From Halalkalibacterium halodurans (GTDB taxonomy: Bacteria > Bacillota > Bacilli > Bacillales > Bacillaceae_D): a stretch of 32,000 nt of DNA. The notes beneath the pieces were generated by a model. That model was not told the origin of the DNA. It saw only the letters and a list, made by a program, of their open reading frames with translations, and ran no database searches. A program made the translations under genes and the position numbers. The stretch is taken from contig NZ_SNUY01000006.1 of the NCBI RefSeq assembly GCF_004376175.1, positions 60,001 to 92,000 on the forward strand. The letters run 5' to 3'. This document shows, piece by piece, positions 17,074 through 25,851 of the stretch (positions are counted from its first letter, which is position 1; the number at the start of each line of letters is the position of its first letter).

Positions 17074-18273
17074 CTAAACTTGTTCATCAAAGCCGACATC
17101 ATCCAAAAATTGCTGGAACGTCTCACCGTCTGAATGTTCCTGACCCTGCCGTTGCTGTTCCTTTTCGTCCTTTGTTGATTGTTGACCTTGATTTTCACGC
17201 TCTAACAACGAATGTGACGGTTGCTGAACAACTTCAATTCGCTCCACGTTCAACTGTTGCTGTGTGAAGGCATAACGCAACTGATTCATTTGTGATTCGA
17301 CAAGCTCCCTTGCCATCGTGGTCGACGTCATGATTCTCGCAACGATGGCACCGTTCGTCTGGGTTAACTGAATATCCAAACGTCCAAGGTGTTCAGGCAT
17401 GAGCTTAATCGTCATTTGTGTTCCATTTTGTAATTGCACGACATTTCCCCGTTGTAAAATTTGTTGAAACTGACGAAGAAACTGTTGTTGCTGGACTTCT
17501 TTTGGCTGCTGTTCTCCGAGGTGGATGACGAGCTGTTGTGTCCGGTTAAGCGCTTGACCTAGCTCCTGACCATGATGTTGAAGCGTTAAGCCTTGCACGC
17601 GTCCTTCATTTGCATCATTGGCTAACAAAAACGGACGATACGTTCGGCTCGTTTCTACTAAACTGTTCTGCGTTTGTTGCTGCGTTCCATCATTCGTAAG
17701 AAGCTTAGTCTCTCCTTGCTTAGTCAACCATTCTTTCGCCTGTTCGATAAAAGCTCGGAACTGTTCTGACAAAGTGTGTTGCCCTTGAATAACGACAAAC
17801 GGAAACGCTCGCTCCATGATTTGCACAACATGGCCTCTTATTTGAGTAGGTAGTTCTTGATTCCCTGACGCTGTCATCAACTGTAGTGCAGCAAGCAAGT
17901 GGAAGACGGCTTGCTCTTGTTTTGACATGGCTTGAAAATCTTCAAAATCAACCGGATCAGCCTTTTCTGTCAACAGCGACTCTAGCTGCAATACCGATTC
18001 CATTGGCAGTACGTCCATCAACTCCACGAGCCACTCCTTCACATCGTTTGGCACTTCTTCTTGTATATGTAGAAGTGAATAGAACAGCTCTAACGATTCA
18101 ATTGATGGCTCAGTGCCTTCTGACCATGTGCCGAGCTCTCCTTCCTCTGAAGTGAGTGAATCAAGCACCATCAAAAAGTTCGCTTCTCCTGTCAATGAAC
18201 TTTCTGATCGCGGCGTTTGACCATTGATGTGGGGAACATTTCCAAGCTGCATCATCATCATCGCTGGTATCAA
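17074..18273 (-). CDS. fliK: Hook-length control protein FliK
   Basis: The 399-aa product is Q-rich and has a C-terminal Flg_hook-type segment (MTIKLMPEHLGRLDIQLTQTNGAIVARIMTSTTMARELVESQMNQLRYAF). It lies between ylxF and flgD. Confidence 0.85.
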   Translation of the reverse strand: MIPAMMMMQLGNVPHINGQTPRSESSLTGEANFLMVLDSLTSEEGELGTWSEGTEPSIESLELFYSLLHIQEEVPNDVKEWLVELMDVLPMESVLQLESLLTEKADPVDFEDFQAMSKQEQAVFHLLAALQLMTASGNQELPTQIRGHVVQIMERAFPFVVIQGQHTLSEQFRAFIEQAKEWLTKQGETKLLTNDGTQQQTQNSLVETSRTYRPFLLANDANEGRVQGLTLQHHGQELGQALNRTQQLVIHLGEQQPKEVQQQQFLRQFQQILQRGNVVQLQNGTQMTIKLMPEHLGRLDIQLTQTNGAIVARIMTSTTMARELVESQMNQLRYAFTQQQLNVERIEVVQQPSHSLLERENQGQQSTKDEKEQQRQGQEHSDGETFQQFLDDVGFDEQV

Positions 18274-18295
18274 TTGGTTTCACCTCCTTTCGTTT

Positions 18296-18865
18296 TTAGG
18301 ACTGGGGGTCGTTAAGTCGTGTCATGATCGTTGCTGCCTTTTCTGGATCCATTTTCCCTAAAATGGCAGCCCGGCTATCTGTGGATAGGAGGGACATATG
18401 AATCACTGCCTCTTCAATGTCCACTTCTTCAAGGATGGCAGCAGCATTTTTAGGAGACATGGACTCATACGTTTTGGCTAGCTCCTTCACTCGATTGTTC
18501 GTTTGCTCTGCTACGCCTTCTTCCACCTCTTCTCGCTGTTCCAAAAGCGCTTTTTCATCTTCAGCCTGCTTTAGCTCTTCTGTCGTTTCCCTTAATTCCC
18601 GCTCAAGGCGGTCTAATTCTGCTTGCTGGCTCGCTAGTTGTTCCTCTAACTCAGCAATTAGCTCCTCTCGCTCCTCTTCTTCAGCTGTCTGTATGTAATT
18701 CCCTACAACTGGGAGGTTTGCACCGATTTCCTTCGCCTCTTTTACTACGTTGTAACCTAGAAGATAGGCAATTCCTGAAAACAACAAGCCGGCGAAAATA
18801 ATAGGAATGACGATGAGAAAAAGAATAAATTGAAATTTGCTAGTACCCTTCTCTTTTTTGCCCAT
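18296..18865 (-). CDS. ylxF: YlxF/FlbB-like flagellar operon protein (N-terminal TM, coiled coil, MgtE-N-like C-terminus)
   Basis: I prefer the ATG at 18865 (MGKKEKGTSKFQFILFL..., AAAGGTGA SD). The longer track ORF would overlap fliJ by 38 nt. The product has one TM segment, an E-rich coiled coil, and a C-terminal PKNAAAILEE...LLSTDSRAAILGKMDPEKAATIM region. Confidence 0.8.
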   Translation of the reverse strand: MGKKEKGTSKFQFILFLIVIPIIFAGLLFSGIAYLLGYNVVKEAKEIGANLPVVGNYIQTAEEEEREELIAELEEQLASQQAELDRLERELRETTEELKQAEDEKALLEQREEVEEGVAEQTNNRVKELAKTYESMSPKNAAAILEEVDIEEAVIHMSLLSTDSRAAILGKMDPEKAATIMTRLNDPQS

Positions 18866-18875
18866 ACACTCACCT

Positions 18876-19334
18876 TTACACTCGGAATGCAAATGCCTGG
18901 ACGGATAGCTCATCCATGATCTGCTGTTCCCGCTTCTTTTCTTCCAACAAGAAACGCTCCTGTTTTTGTTGTTTCATTTTTTCATATTTTTTCAGTTCAA
19001 TCGAAATGGCCTGTAAATCGCGGTGCTTTTTGTCCATTCGTTCGCGCGCGAGGCTCGTAGCACGCTGCTGTTGTTGAATTTCTTGATGCAATTGGACGAT
19101 GAGCATTTCACGCTGCTGCAGCTCGTGTATGGACGTGCCCACGGCAATTTTTTCACGTGCCTGTTCCTCAAGCTTTTCCCTCTGCTTTAAGAGGTGATAG
19201 AGTTTTGTCGCTACTGTTTCAAATGTGTTCATTGCTTCAGAATACTGTTGTTGCAGTTCTTCCTTCTGTCTTTTCTTAAGATCAAGAACTTTTTGCAGCG
19301 TATATTCAAATGTCAACTCAATCACCCTTTCCAA
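18876..19334 (-). CDS. fliJ: Flagellar export chaperone-like protein FliJ
   Basis: The 152-aa product is an all-helical charged protein beginning YTLQKVLDLKKRQKEE..., as FliJ does. It overlaps the fliI stop by 17 nt. The exact start is uncertain. Confidence 0.82.
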   Translation of the reverse strand: MERVIELTFEYTLQKVLDLKKRQKEELQQQYSEAMNTFETVATKLYHLLKQREKLEEQAREKIAVGTSIHELQQREMLIVQLHQEIQQQQRATSLARERMDKKHRDLQAISIELKKYEKMKQQKQERFLLEEKKREQQIMDELSVQAFAFRV

Positions 19335-20631
19335 AAGCTTGAATTAATTGTTGGATCGAATGTTCAGCAATCGCCACTTCATCCGTATTTTGTCTTAAAA
19401 AGGAAGTCACTTCCGGCTGTCGCTCGATCGCTTCATCAATTTGTTTCGATGAGCCACGCTTGTAAGCGCCAATGTTAATTAAGTCTTCCGATTCTTTATA
19501 CACCGATAATAGTGAGCGAACATGCTCTGCTGCACGCTTTTGCTCATCTGTAACAATATCATTCATCACCCTACTCACACTTTTTAAAATGTTGATCGCA
19601 GGATAATGCCCCTTATTGGCAAGCTCTCGATCAAGGACGAAATGCCCATCAAGAATTCCGCGAACCGTATCTGAGATCGGTTCATTCAAATCATCTCCGT
19701 CGACGAGAACCGTGTAGAAGCCAGTGATGCTCCCTTTCCCATTGGTTCCTGCTCGTTCCAATAATTTTGGTAGCAAAGCGAAAACTGATGGAGTATAGCC
19801 TTTCGTTGTCGGAGGTTCACCGACCGCTAGACCAATTTCCCGTTGTGCCATCGCAAACCTTGTGACTGAATCCATCATTAAATTGACGTGTAGGCCCTGG
19901 TCCCTAAAATATTCAGCAAGAGCAGTTGCCGTCATCGCCCCTTTAATTCGCATGAGGGCTGGTTGGTCTGAAGTGGCCACTACGATAATCGACCGCCTAA
20001 GTCCATCTTCGCCTAAATCCCTTTCAATAAAATCTTTCACTTCTCGTCCCCGTTCGCCGATAAGAGCAATGATGTTCAGATCAGCGGCAGCGTTTTTCGC
20101 TAACATGGCAAGGAGTGTGCTTTTCCCTACGCCACTTCCGGCAAAAATCCCGACACGTTGTCCTTTTCCGACTGTAAGCAGTCCGTCTATCGCGCGAACC
20201 CCTAAGTGCATCGCTTCCTTAATCCGTGGACGAGAAATGGGATTTGGCGGCGGGTTATCTGTCGGATACGGCGTTAACCCATTAGGTAATGCTTCCCCAG
20301 TTAAAGGCCGACCACAGCCATCAATGACATGGCCAATTAAGCTATAGCCCACCTTCACTTGGAGAGGGCGACCAGTTCCTTCAACTAAGCTACCAGGAGC
20401 AATCTCTGCCGTCCCGTTAAGCGGCATTAAAAGCACTCGCTCTTCCTTAAAGCCGACTACCTCAGCCATCACTTTTGTTCCTTGTTTTCCTACGAGGATG
20501 TAACACAATTCACCGATGGAAGCTTGTGGTCCTTTTGCTTCTATCGTTAAACCAATCACGCGAGTCACTTTTCCATACCATTTATAAGCAGATAACGATG
20601 GAATCAGAGAAATGAGTGATCTAGCGTCCAT
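19318..20631 (-). CDS. fliI: Flagellum-specific ATPase FliI
   Basis: The 437-aa product has Walker A (GSGVGKSTLLAML), Walker B (LMMDSVTRFA) and F1/T3SS-ATPase-like overall sequence. Confidence 0.96.
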   Translation of the reverse strand: MDARSLISLIPSLSAYKWYGKVTRVIGLTIEAKGPQASIGELCYILVGKQGTKVMAEVVGFKEERVLLMPLNGTAEIAPGSLVEGTGRPLQVKVGYSLIGHVIDGCGRPLTGEALPNGLTPYPTDNPPPNPISRPRIKEAMHLGVRAIDGLLTVGKGQRVGIFAGSGVGKSTLLAMLAKNAAADLNIIALIGERGREVKDFIERDLGEDGLRRSIIVVATSDQPALMRIKGAMTATALAEYFRDQGLHVNLMMDSVTRFAMAQREIGLAVGEPPTTKGYTPSVFALLPKLLERAGTNGKGSITGFYTVLVDGDDLNEPISDTVRGILDGHFVLDRELANKGHYPAINILKSVSRVMNDIVTDEQKRAAEHVRSLLSVYKESEDLINIGAYKRGSSKQIDEAIERQPEVTSFLRQNTDEVAIAEHSIQQLIQAFGKGD

Positions 20632-21430
20632 CGTCTGCCTCCTTTAGCTTTTCAAGCAGCTTTTGCTTTAATTGTTGAAGCTGACTATCCATTGAGGCAT
20701 CGATTCTCCCAAACTTTGTTTCAAGAACACAGCCATTATCCGTTAAGTTCAAATCGGGATAAACATGGATGAGCCCTTCTCCCGATAAGATGGAAGCCAG
20801 TTCGTTTTTTTGTCGCAACGTCTGCTCATACCACTTCGGATGCACATAAATTGACACTTCCTCAAATTCCCTGACCTCTTCCATCACTTGTAGGACTAAG
20901 CTTTGCCAGAGGGATTCATCTTCTTCTAATCGCTTTGCAACGATTTTTTCGCAAAGAGCTGCAGCTAGCTTAATAATGGTTGGCTGAGCTTCCTCTATCG
21001 TGCGGTGGTAATCATCTTTAGCACTTTCCACAATCGCATAAGCTTCCTTAATGGAGTGACGATAAGATTCAAGGCCTTCCGATTGCCCTGCTTGATACCC
21101 CTCTTCAAACCCCTCAGCCATCGCTTGCTGTTTCAACCGCTCGATTTCTTCTGTTGCCTGAATACGCTCTTGCTCGATCGCCTCGCGAATAGCTGCGGCC
21201 TGCTGCTCCGCTTTTCGAATGATATCCTCTGCCTCGCTCTTCGCTCGCTCTAGTTCACCTTCCACAACGTTCGCTGCATCGCTAGCCTCAGCACTTGACT
21301 CGTAATCTGAATTATCTCTAGAATCTGCTGTTCTCGCCGCAACGAATAAGTTACGAACCCCGATTTGTTTTACACGTTGTGCCGTATCATTGTCATTGAC
21401 TGGCTTAATAATTTTAGACAATAATATCAT
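20621..21430 (-). CDS. fliH: Flagellar export ATPase regulator FliH
   Basis: The product has an E/A/Q-rich central helix and a FliH C-domain (LVLQVMEEV...VSIYVHP...GCVLETKFGRIDASMDSQL). The start is probably near 21421-21430 (MILLSKIIKP, with GGAGGAG SD at 21431-21437). The track ORF to 21460 would overlap fliG by 47 nt. Confidence 0.85.
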   Translation of the reverse strand: MILLSKIIKPVNDNDTAQRVKQIGVRNLFVAARTADSRDNSDYESSAEASDAANVVEGELERAKSEAEDIIRKAEQQAAAIREAIEQERIQATEEIERLKQQAMAEGFEEGYQAGQSEGLESYRHSIKEAYAIVESAKDDYHRTIEEAQPTIIKLAAALCEKIVAKRLEEDESLWQSLVLQVMEEVREFEEVSIYVHPKWYEQTLRQKNELASILSGEGLIHVYPDLNLTDNGCVLETKFGRIDASMDSQLQQLKQKLLEKLKEADDGR

Positions 21431-22421
21431 CTCCTCCGCCTCGTGCGATGATAATTTCACCCGCCTCCTCTAAGCGGCGAATGACTGCAACGATACGCGT
21501 TTGTGCTTCTTCCACATCACGCAGGCGGACAGGCCCCATAAATTCCATCTCATCCTTAAAGGTTTCAGCCATACGCTGAGACATGTTGCTAAGGACAATT
21601 TCTTTCACTTCATCACTTGCAACTTTAAGCGCTAACTGCAAGTCTTCATTCTCACAATCGCGAATCACACGCTGAATTGAACGATTATCAAGAGTAACAA
21701 TATCCTCAAAGACAAACATCCGCTTCTTAATTTCTTCTGCAAGCTCAGGATCTTGAATTTCTAACGCATCAAGAATCGTTCGCTCTGTGCTTCGATCAAC
21801 ACTATTTAACACTTCGACTACCGCTTCAATACCGCCCGTCTCAGTGTAATCACTCATCGCAGTCGTCGATAGCTTCTGTTCTAATATCGCCTCAACCTCA
21901 TTGATGATTTCTGGTGAAGTACTGTCCATTAGCGCGATCCGTTTCGCGACATCTGCTTGAACTTCCTGAGGAAGATCCGATAAAATTTGCCCCGCTTGTT
22001 CAGACTCTAAATAAGAAAGGATAAGGGCAATGGTTTGCGGGTGCTCATTTTGAATGAAGTTCAAAATTTGAGACGGATCTGATTCTCTAGCAAAGTCGAA
22101 TGGCCTCACTTGAAGAGTGGAGGTGAGGCGATTAATAATGTTCATCGCCTCTGTTTCCCCTAATGCTTTTTCGAGAACGCTCTGTGCATAGCTAATCCCG
22201 CCTTGTGAGATGTAATCTTGAGCTAGCACGAGCGAATGAAATTGATCAAGAATGCCTTCCTTCATTTCGCTATCTACTTTACGTACATTCGCGATCTCCA
22301 GTGTAAGCTGCTCGATCTCCTCTTCGGACAAATGCTTATACACTTGTGCGGAAACTTCTGGCCCGAGCGAGATTAGGAGGATCGCTGCTTTTTGTCTACC
22401 TGTTAAACCTTTTTTAGCCAT
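21414..22421 (-). CDS. fliG: Flagellar rotor/switch protein FliG
   Basis: The 335-aa product contains LTGRQKAAILLISLGPEVSAQVYKHLSEEEIEQLT and the C-terminal torque-helix region (MSQRMAETFKDEMEFMGPVRLRDVEEAQ). Confidence 0.96.
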   Translation of the reverse strand: MAKKGLTGRQKAAILLISLGPEVSAQVYKHLSEEEIEQLTLEIANVRKVDSEMKEGILDQFHSLVLAQDYISQGGISYAQSVLEKALGETEAMNIINRLTSTLQVRPFDFARESDPSQILNFIQNEHPQTIALILSYLESEQAGQILSDLPQEVQADVAKRIALMDSTSPEIINEVEAILEQKLSTTAMSDYTETGGIEAVVEVLNSVDRSTERTILDALEIQDPELAEEIKKRMFVFEDIVTLDNRSIQRVIRDCENEDLQLALKVASDEVKEIVLSNMSQRMAETFKDEMEFMGPVRLRDVEEAQTRIVAVIRRLEEAGEIIIARGGGDDIIV

Positions 22422-22433
22422 GTGGTACCCCTC

Positions 22434-24011
22434 CTAATCTTCCGACAACCAAGTTCGTAAAAGTTTCGAGAATTCTTCTGGTCTCTCTTTCGCCATTCGT
22501 TCAATTTGCTTTCGTTTTTGTGCTCCAGTCCCTTCCTCTTCTTGTGGTAGGTCAGGGATCTCTTCAGTTAATGCTCCGTCATCGTCCATCAAATCCTCGT
22601 CGGAATCTCCTCTTCTTCTCACTAACAGAACAATAAGGAAGATAATCGTAGCCAGAAGGGTTCCTCCAACGACATATACCCATACCGGAACGGATGAACC
22701 TGCGCCTGTCTCTAGATCCGCCTTGCCTTCAAACGGCTGGGAGGAGACAAATATCTTTTCATTGAACTCATCATCCGTTAACTCAGCGGCATAGACACCG
22801 GAAATGCTCGTTCGGACAACCGTGCCTAAAATTTGCTGAATATCCGCCAATCGATCTGCTGGTAGTTCCTCCATTCCTTCTGGTGGTTCCACCATCACTT
22901 GGATGCCTAAGTCGCGAATCTTGTACGGACTTTCAACAATATCGCTTCGGATTCGGTTGACTTCGTAGTTAATACGATCTTCTGTTAATTCATAATCAAC
23001 TTCGCCCGTTCCATACACTCCTGGGAAGTTCGGGATATCATCACCGACGCCTTCAATGTCTCCCCAAGGAGTCCCTTCTCCACTATAGGTCTCGGTAATG
23101 TTTTCTACACTAACGGCGATCCCTTCCATATTCTCTTCATCTACAGGCTCCACTCGTTCTTCTTGACGGTTTTCTTGCGTAAAGTCAATGTCCGTTGTAA
23201 CCGAAACAAGAACTTTATCACGACCGACTAGGGTGCCGAGCATTTGCTGCAAGTTTCTTGTTAAGTCTCTTTCAATGTCGCGTTGGATGGCTCGCTGTTG
23301 TTCATAGACTGATAGGGTTGAACCTGTCGAATGGTGATCATCGTACAGGTAATCCTCAAACATTTGGTTCATGATCACAATATTTTCAATTGGGAGGTTT
23401 GGTACGCTTCGAGAAACGAGATGATAAAGTGCTCTTACTTGCGAAGCGTCTAGCTGAAAACCTGGGGCTAGATCAACAACAACGGATGCTGTTGCCTCCT
23501 GCTGACTATCGGAAACCCAAAGCGTTTGCTCTGGTAGAGTGATCATAACATTGGCTTGATTGACACCATCCACGCTACGAATTAAATCCGCTAGCTCAGA
23601 TTCTATCGCTGCCCGTTCCATAAGGGAAAACTCGTTGTCGGTCATGCCAAATCCCATCGAATCACGAAAAGTTGAATAGTTAATCGTTCCACTTTGCGGT
23701 AGCCCTTCAGCAGCCAATTCAACCTTTAGTGCATCAACCTGCGTTTCAGGTACGAGGATGGTCGTCCCATCATTTGCAATTTCAGAAGAAATCCCCCGAG
23801 CATCTAACGTCTCTTTGATATTTCCAGTTTCTTGCAAAGTTAAATTTGAATATAAAGGAACATAATGGGTTCTTGTGCTGAAAAAAGTTAGGAACGCGAG
23901 AAGAATGATGATCAATAACACGGCCCCAACAATAACCATTTGCTGCTTTTTCGTTCGGTTTCTCCAATATTCGGTTACACGATCTCGATAAAGTCTAACT
24001 CTCTCGTTCAT
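22434..24011 (-). CDS. fliF: Flagellar MS-ring protein FliF
   Basis: The 525-aa product has N- and C-terminal TM segments and a YscJ/FliF ring-building domain (LDARGISSEIANDGTTILVPETQV, LAAEGLPQSG). Confidence 0.94.
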   Translation of the reverse strand: MNERVRLYRDRVTEYWRNRTKKQQMVIVGAVLLIIILLAFLTFFSTRTHYVPLYSNLTLQETGNIKETLDARGISSEIANDGTTILVPETQVDALKVELAAEGLPQSGTINYSTFRDSMGFGMTDNEFSLMERAAIESELADLIRSVDGVNQANVMITLPEQTLWVSDSQQEATASVVVDLAPGFQLDASQVRALYHLVSRSVPNLPIENIVIMNQMFEDYLYDDHHSTGSTLSVYEQQRAIQRDIERDLTRNLQQMLGTLVGRDKVLVSVTTDIDFTQENRQEERVEPVDEENMEGIAVSVENITETYSGEGTPWGDIEGVGDDIPNFPGVYGTGEVDYELTEDRINYEVNRIRSDIVESPYKIRDLGIQVMVEPPEGMEELPADRLADIQQILGTVVRTSISGVYAAELTDDEFNEKIFVSSQPFEGKADLETGAGSSVPVWVYVVGGTLLATIIFLIVLLVRRRGDSDEDLMDDDGALTEEIPDLPQEEEGTGAQKRKQIERMAKERPEEFSKLLRTWLSED

Positions 24012-24074
24012 GAGTCCTCCTACCTACCAACATGACATCAATTCTTTGTTTAATTGAGCGATCTTATTAGGTGA

Positions 24075-24383
24075 TTATACTTGCATTCGCATGATTTCCT
24101 GGTAGGCCTCAATGACTTTATTTCGTATTTCCACCGTAGCAGAAAGGGTGATCGATGCCTTTTGTCCTGTAATCATCACATCATGCAAATCTTTAATTTT
24201 GCCTTTTGCTAAAAGCTCCGTTTTTTCCGCCGAAACTTTCTGCAGATCATTTACATTATTTATCGCTTGAGACAACGCTTGTTTAAACGTCTCTTGCGCT
24301 TCGGCTGGCGTGTGTTTGTTTACGGAAGATGAATTTGCTTGATTTAAAAAGACCGGTGCAGTTACAGTTTGAATTTCAGCCAT
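24075..24383 (-). CDS. fliE: Flagellar hook-basal body protein FliE
   Basis: The 102-aa product has a C-terminal FliE motif (DLHDVMITGQKASITLSATVEIRNKVIEAYQEIMRMQV). Confidence 0.92.
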   Translation of the reverse strand: MAEIQTVTAPVFLNQANSSSVNKHTPAEAQETFKQALSQAINNVNDLQKVSAEKTELLAKGKIKDLHDVMITGQKASITLSATVEIRNKVIEAYQEIMRMQV

Positions 24384-24395
24384 TCACTATTCCTC

Positions 24396-24854
24396 CTAAC
24401 GTCCAATTTCTAAGGCTTTCATCAAGATGTTTTTCGATGCGTTTAACGTAGTAACATTCGCTTCATAGGAACGGGTCGCACTCATTAGATCAACCATTTC
24501 CCTCAAAGGATCAACGTTAGGCATTTCAACATAACCTTCTTCATTAGCATCAGGATGGTCAGGCTGGTAAACAAGTTTGAAAGGTGTTTGGTCTTCAACG
24601 ATCGCTGAGACTTTCACCCCATTTCCGATCTTTGACTCAGAGCGTTTCATCGCTGTATGTAAATGAGCAGAAAATGGAGTTTGTTCATTTGGTTGAACGG
24701 CGATCATTTTCCGTCGATATGGCTCCCATTCTCCATTCACCTGTCTAGCTCTTGTTGTTTCTGCATTCGCCATGTTGGCTGAGATGACATCCATGCGGAG
24801 CCGTTGTGATGTTAAAGCAGAGCCGCTAATGTTCATTCCGTGAAAGATCGACAT
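24396..24854 (-). CDS. flgC: Proximal rod protein FlgC
   Basis: The 152-aa product contains SGSALTSQRLRMDVISANMANAETT and a C-terminal YEANVTTLNASKNILMKALEIG. Confidence 0.95.
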   Translation of the reverse strand: MSIFHGMNISGSALTSQRLRMDVISANMANAETTRARQVNGEWEPYRRKMIAVQPNEQTPFSAHLHTAMKRSESKIGNGVKVSAIVEDQTPFKLVYQPDHPDANEEGYVEMPNVDPLREMVDLMSATRSYEANVTTLNASKNILMKALEIGR

Positions 24855-24858
24855 AGTG

Positions 24859-25257
24859 TTATCTACCTCCTCTTATAACCGTCTGCAAACTGTTAAAGTT
24901 ACCGTTTACTCGTTCAATTAAGGCATTGTAATAAATTTGATTTTTAGCTAGCTCCGTCATCTCAAGATCTACATCGACATTGTTCCCATTATGGTTATAC
25001 GCCGTTTGCCTTATTGTTTCTACTGGACTTGAACCTTGAGACCTATTAAACGCTATATGCTTCTCATGGGTTCGTTTTGCTTGTAAACGAGTGTTTGATA
25101 GAGCTTCATCGAATACTTTTTGAAAGTTTACTTTCTTCGCTTTATAGTTCGGAGTATCTATATTGGCAATGTTTTGTGAGATCGCTCGCTGTTGTAAGGA
25201 GGCCCCATATAAGCCTTTTTCAAGTGCGAATAATGTCGAACCAGAGAATAAATTCAA
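24859..25257 (-). CDS. flgB: Proximal rod protein FlgB
   Basis: The product contains QRAISQNIANIDTPNYKAKKVNF and LAKNQIYYNALIERVNG. I prefer the TTG at 25257 (MNLFSG..., AAGGAAGGTGA SD 6 nt upstream). The GTG at 25266 used by the track lies inside the SD. Confidence 0.92.
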   Translation of the reverse strand: MNLFSGSTLFALEKGLYGASLQQRAISQNIANIDTPNYKAKKVNFQKVFDEALSNTRLQAKRTHEKHIAFNRSQGSSPVETIRQTAYNHNGNNVDVDLEMTELAKNQIYYNALIERVNGNFNSLQTVIRGGR

Positions 25258-25552
25258 TATCGTCACCTTCCTTTTTCACATTTCCACCAATTATACTATA
25301 TAAAAAGTCCCTATTTCATCGTGCTTTTTAGAAATAATTCGACATAACTCAGGAATTTCAGGAAAGGATTCTACATGAAATTCTAACCAAATTATTAAAA
25401 AAAGTCTAATAGTGTTGGGAATGTTTCATTTTTTAATATAAAAGAACTAGTTCAAAATACTTATTAATTAAATGGAACTTTGTAATGAACCTCGTGATTT
25501 TATGTATATATCCGAAAACAGTAGGAAGTTTGTAACAATATTCCTCTATTCC

Positions 25553-25580
25553 ATCATATCAAATTCTTAACTCCCGTCAA
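25553..25580 (-). promoter_or_regulatory. Candidate sigma-A promoter for the fla/che operon: TTGACG-N16-TATGAT with an extended -10 TGn
   Basis: On the minus strand, TTGACG is the reverse complement of 25575-25580. TGaTATGAT is the reverse complement of 25553-25561. This is the best sigma-A-like match I found in the 585-nt region upstream of flgB. It would give a leader of about 290 nt. Confidence 0.4.
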
Positions 25581-25604
25581 TCGGCATTATTTGACATGAT
25601 TTTA
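25578..25604 (-). promoter_or_regulatory. Candidate sigma-D (sigma-28) promoter: TAAA-N15-GCCGATTG
   Basis: On the minus strand, TAAA is the reverse complement of 25601-25604. A 15-nt spacer follows, then GCCGATTG (reverse complement of 25578-25585), against the consensus TAAA-N15-GCCGATAT. Its -10 element overlaps the -35 of the sigma-A candidate. Confidence 0.4.
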
Positions 25605-25851
25605 ATATTAAACTTATCAGCAATTGTAAACTTTAGTATTAGAAAAATTTACATGGAACCTTATGAATGATTCTACGATAAAAAATGAAGAAGTATAGTT
25701 CTTTCCTATTATAGAAAGCGGTTTCCCCTCTCTTTTCATATAGGTATTTAGATATATTGAATATCTCACATATCGATTTTAGACGATCATAGAGCTGTCT
25801 CCTGCAGAAATCTCGTTTGAAGGAAGCGAAGAGAGGAAAACCTGCAAACAA

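Noticed and set aside
306-24011. Numerous 60-160-aa ORFs antisense to, or out of frame with, the flagellar genes. Examples are 306-551, 731-982, 2247-2672, 7974-8342, 8046-8333, 10245-10559, 12633-12900, 17886-18155, 18417-18698 and 19862-20347.
   Set aside because: All lie wholly within well-supported conserved genes. They lack SD sequences and have low-complexity or Ser/Arg/Leu-rich shadow-frame composition. I treat them as shadow ORFs.
25290-25295. A consensus TATAAT on the minus strand about 30 nt upstream of the flgB start
   Set aside because: The best -35 at 17 nt spacing is TGAAAT, which matches at most 3/6. The resulting leader would barely include the SD. I keep it only as an alternative to the stronger TTGACG-N16-TGnTATGAT candidate further upstream.
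25639-25851. A 70-aa minus-strand ORF in the AT-rich region between the IS nest and the flgB promoter candidates
   Set aside because: It starts with TTG exactly at the IS1182 boundary, has no SD, and has an aromatic- and basic-rich composition typical of translated AT-rich non-coding DNA. I recognise no motif. It is most likely spurious.
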